A DNA stretch of 63,867 nt, the filler included, from Vermamoeba vermiformis (taxonomy: Eukaryota): NCBI GenBank assembly GCA_045837725.1. It is 3 parts of 3 records of this genome, joined end to end, with 100 filler letters (N's around TTAATTAATTAA, not from the genome) between each part and the next. Parts side by side here need not be neighbours in the genome. Positions count along the whole stretch, not along the records: positions 33,680 to 63,867 come from JBEWZL010000131.1; 2 more parts are not named here. One strand, given 5' to 3'. The notes under the pieces are model-generated. The model was given only the letters and a program-made list of their open reading frames with translations, did not search any database and was not told the DNA's origin. Positions 63,794 to 63,867 of the stretch are shown here, piece after piece (position 1 is the stretch's first letter; each line of letters opens with the position of its first letter). The position numbers and the translations under genes were made by a program.

Positions 63794-63867
63794 GTAAAGT
63801 TTATTTTAAAAGTGTAAAGTTTACACTTTAATAGTGGGATATTTTTCACCTCGTTAAAAGTTCGTCC
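63794..63867 (-). repeat. Right TIR (window ends at the element terminus)
   Basis: Inverted copy of 57758-57831. Confidence 0.95.

Larger units (their letters stand above)
57758..63867. mobile_element. Mutator/MULE-like DNA transposon (about 6.1 kb) with two divergent genes
   Basis: 74-bp terminal inverted repeats starting GGACGAAC; DDE transposase; inserted within an SDHB exon. Confidence 0.88.

Overview
AT-rich, intron-dense eukaryotic (protist, amoebozoan-like; organism not determinable) genomic DNA made of three contigs joined by artificial N-TTAATTAATTAA-N spacers (14821-14920, 33580-33679). It begins with an apparently intact 7.5 kb non-LTR retrotransposon (RRM-type ORF1; ORF2 = APE endonuclease + RT + RNase H + CCHC-type zinc motif; (ACATA)n tail). 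Its ORF2 unexpectedly carries, upstream of the endonuclease, a hydrophobic leader, a ubiquitin-like domain ending in Gly-Gly and a Tudor-like domain, with no in-frame AUG before the middle of the Ubl. The middle holds about 25 spliced host genes (several F-box/LRR/ARM/ankyrin proteins, GNAT, MFS sugar porter, divergent VPS29, NmrA-like, Pmp3, hemerythrin, MetAP2, IFI6/IFI27-like, ENA-type P-ATPase, SPP-like protease). The window ends with a 6.1 kb Mutator-like DNA transposon (74-bp TIRs) inserted in an exon of SDHB. This element has two head-to-head genes, repeats its TIR sub-motif inside its own introns next to branch points, and contains an array of 8-9 tandemly duplicated 155-bp exon+intron units. 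All protein family calls are by eye from motifs; exon boundaries are approximate.
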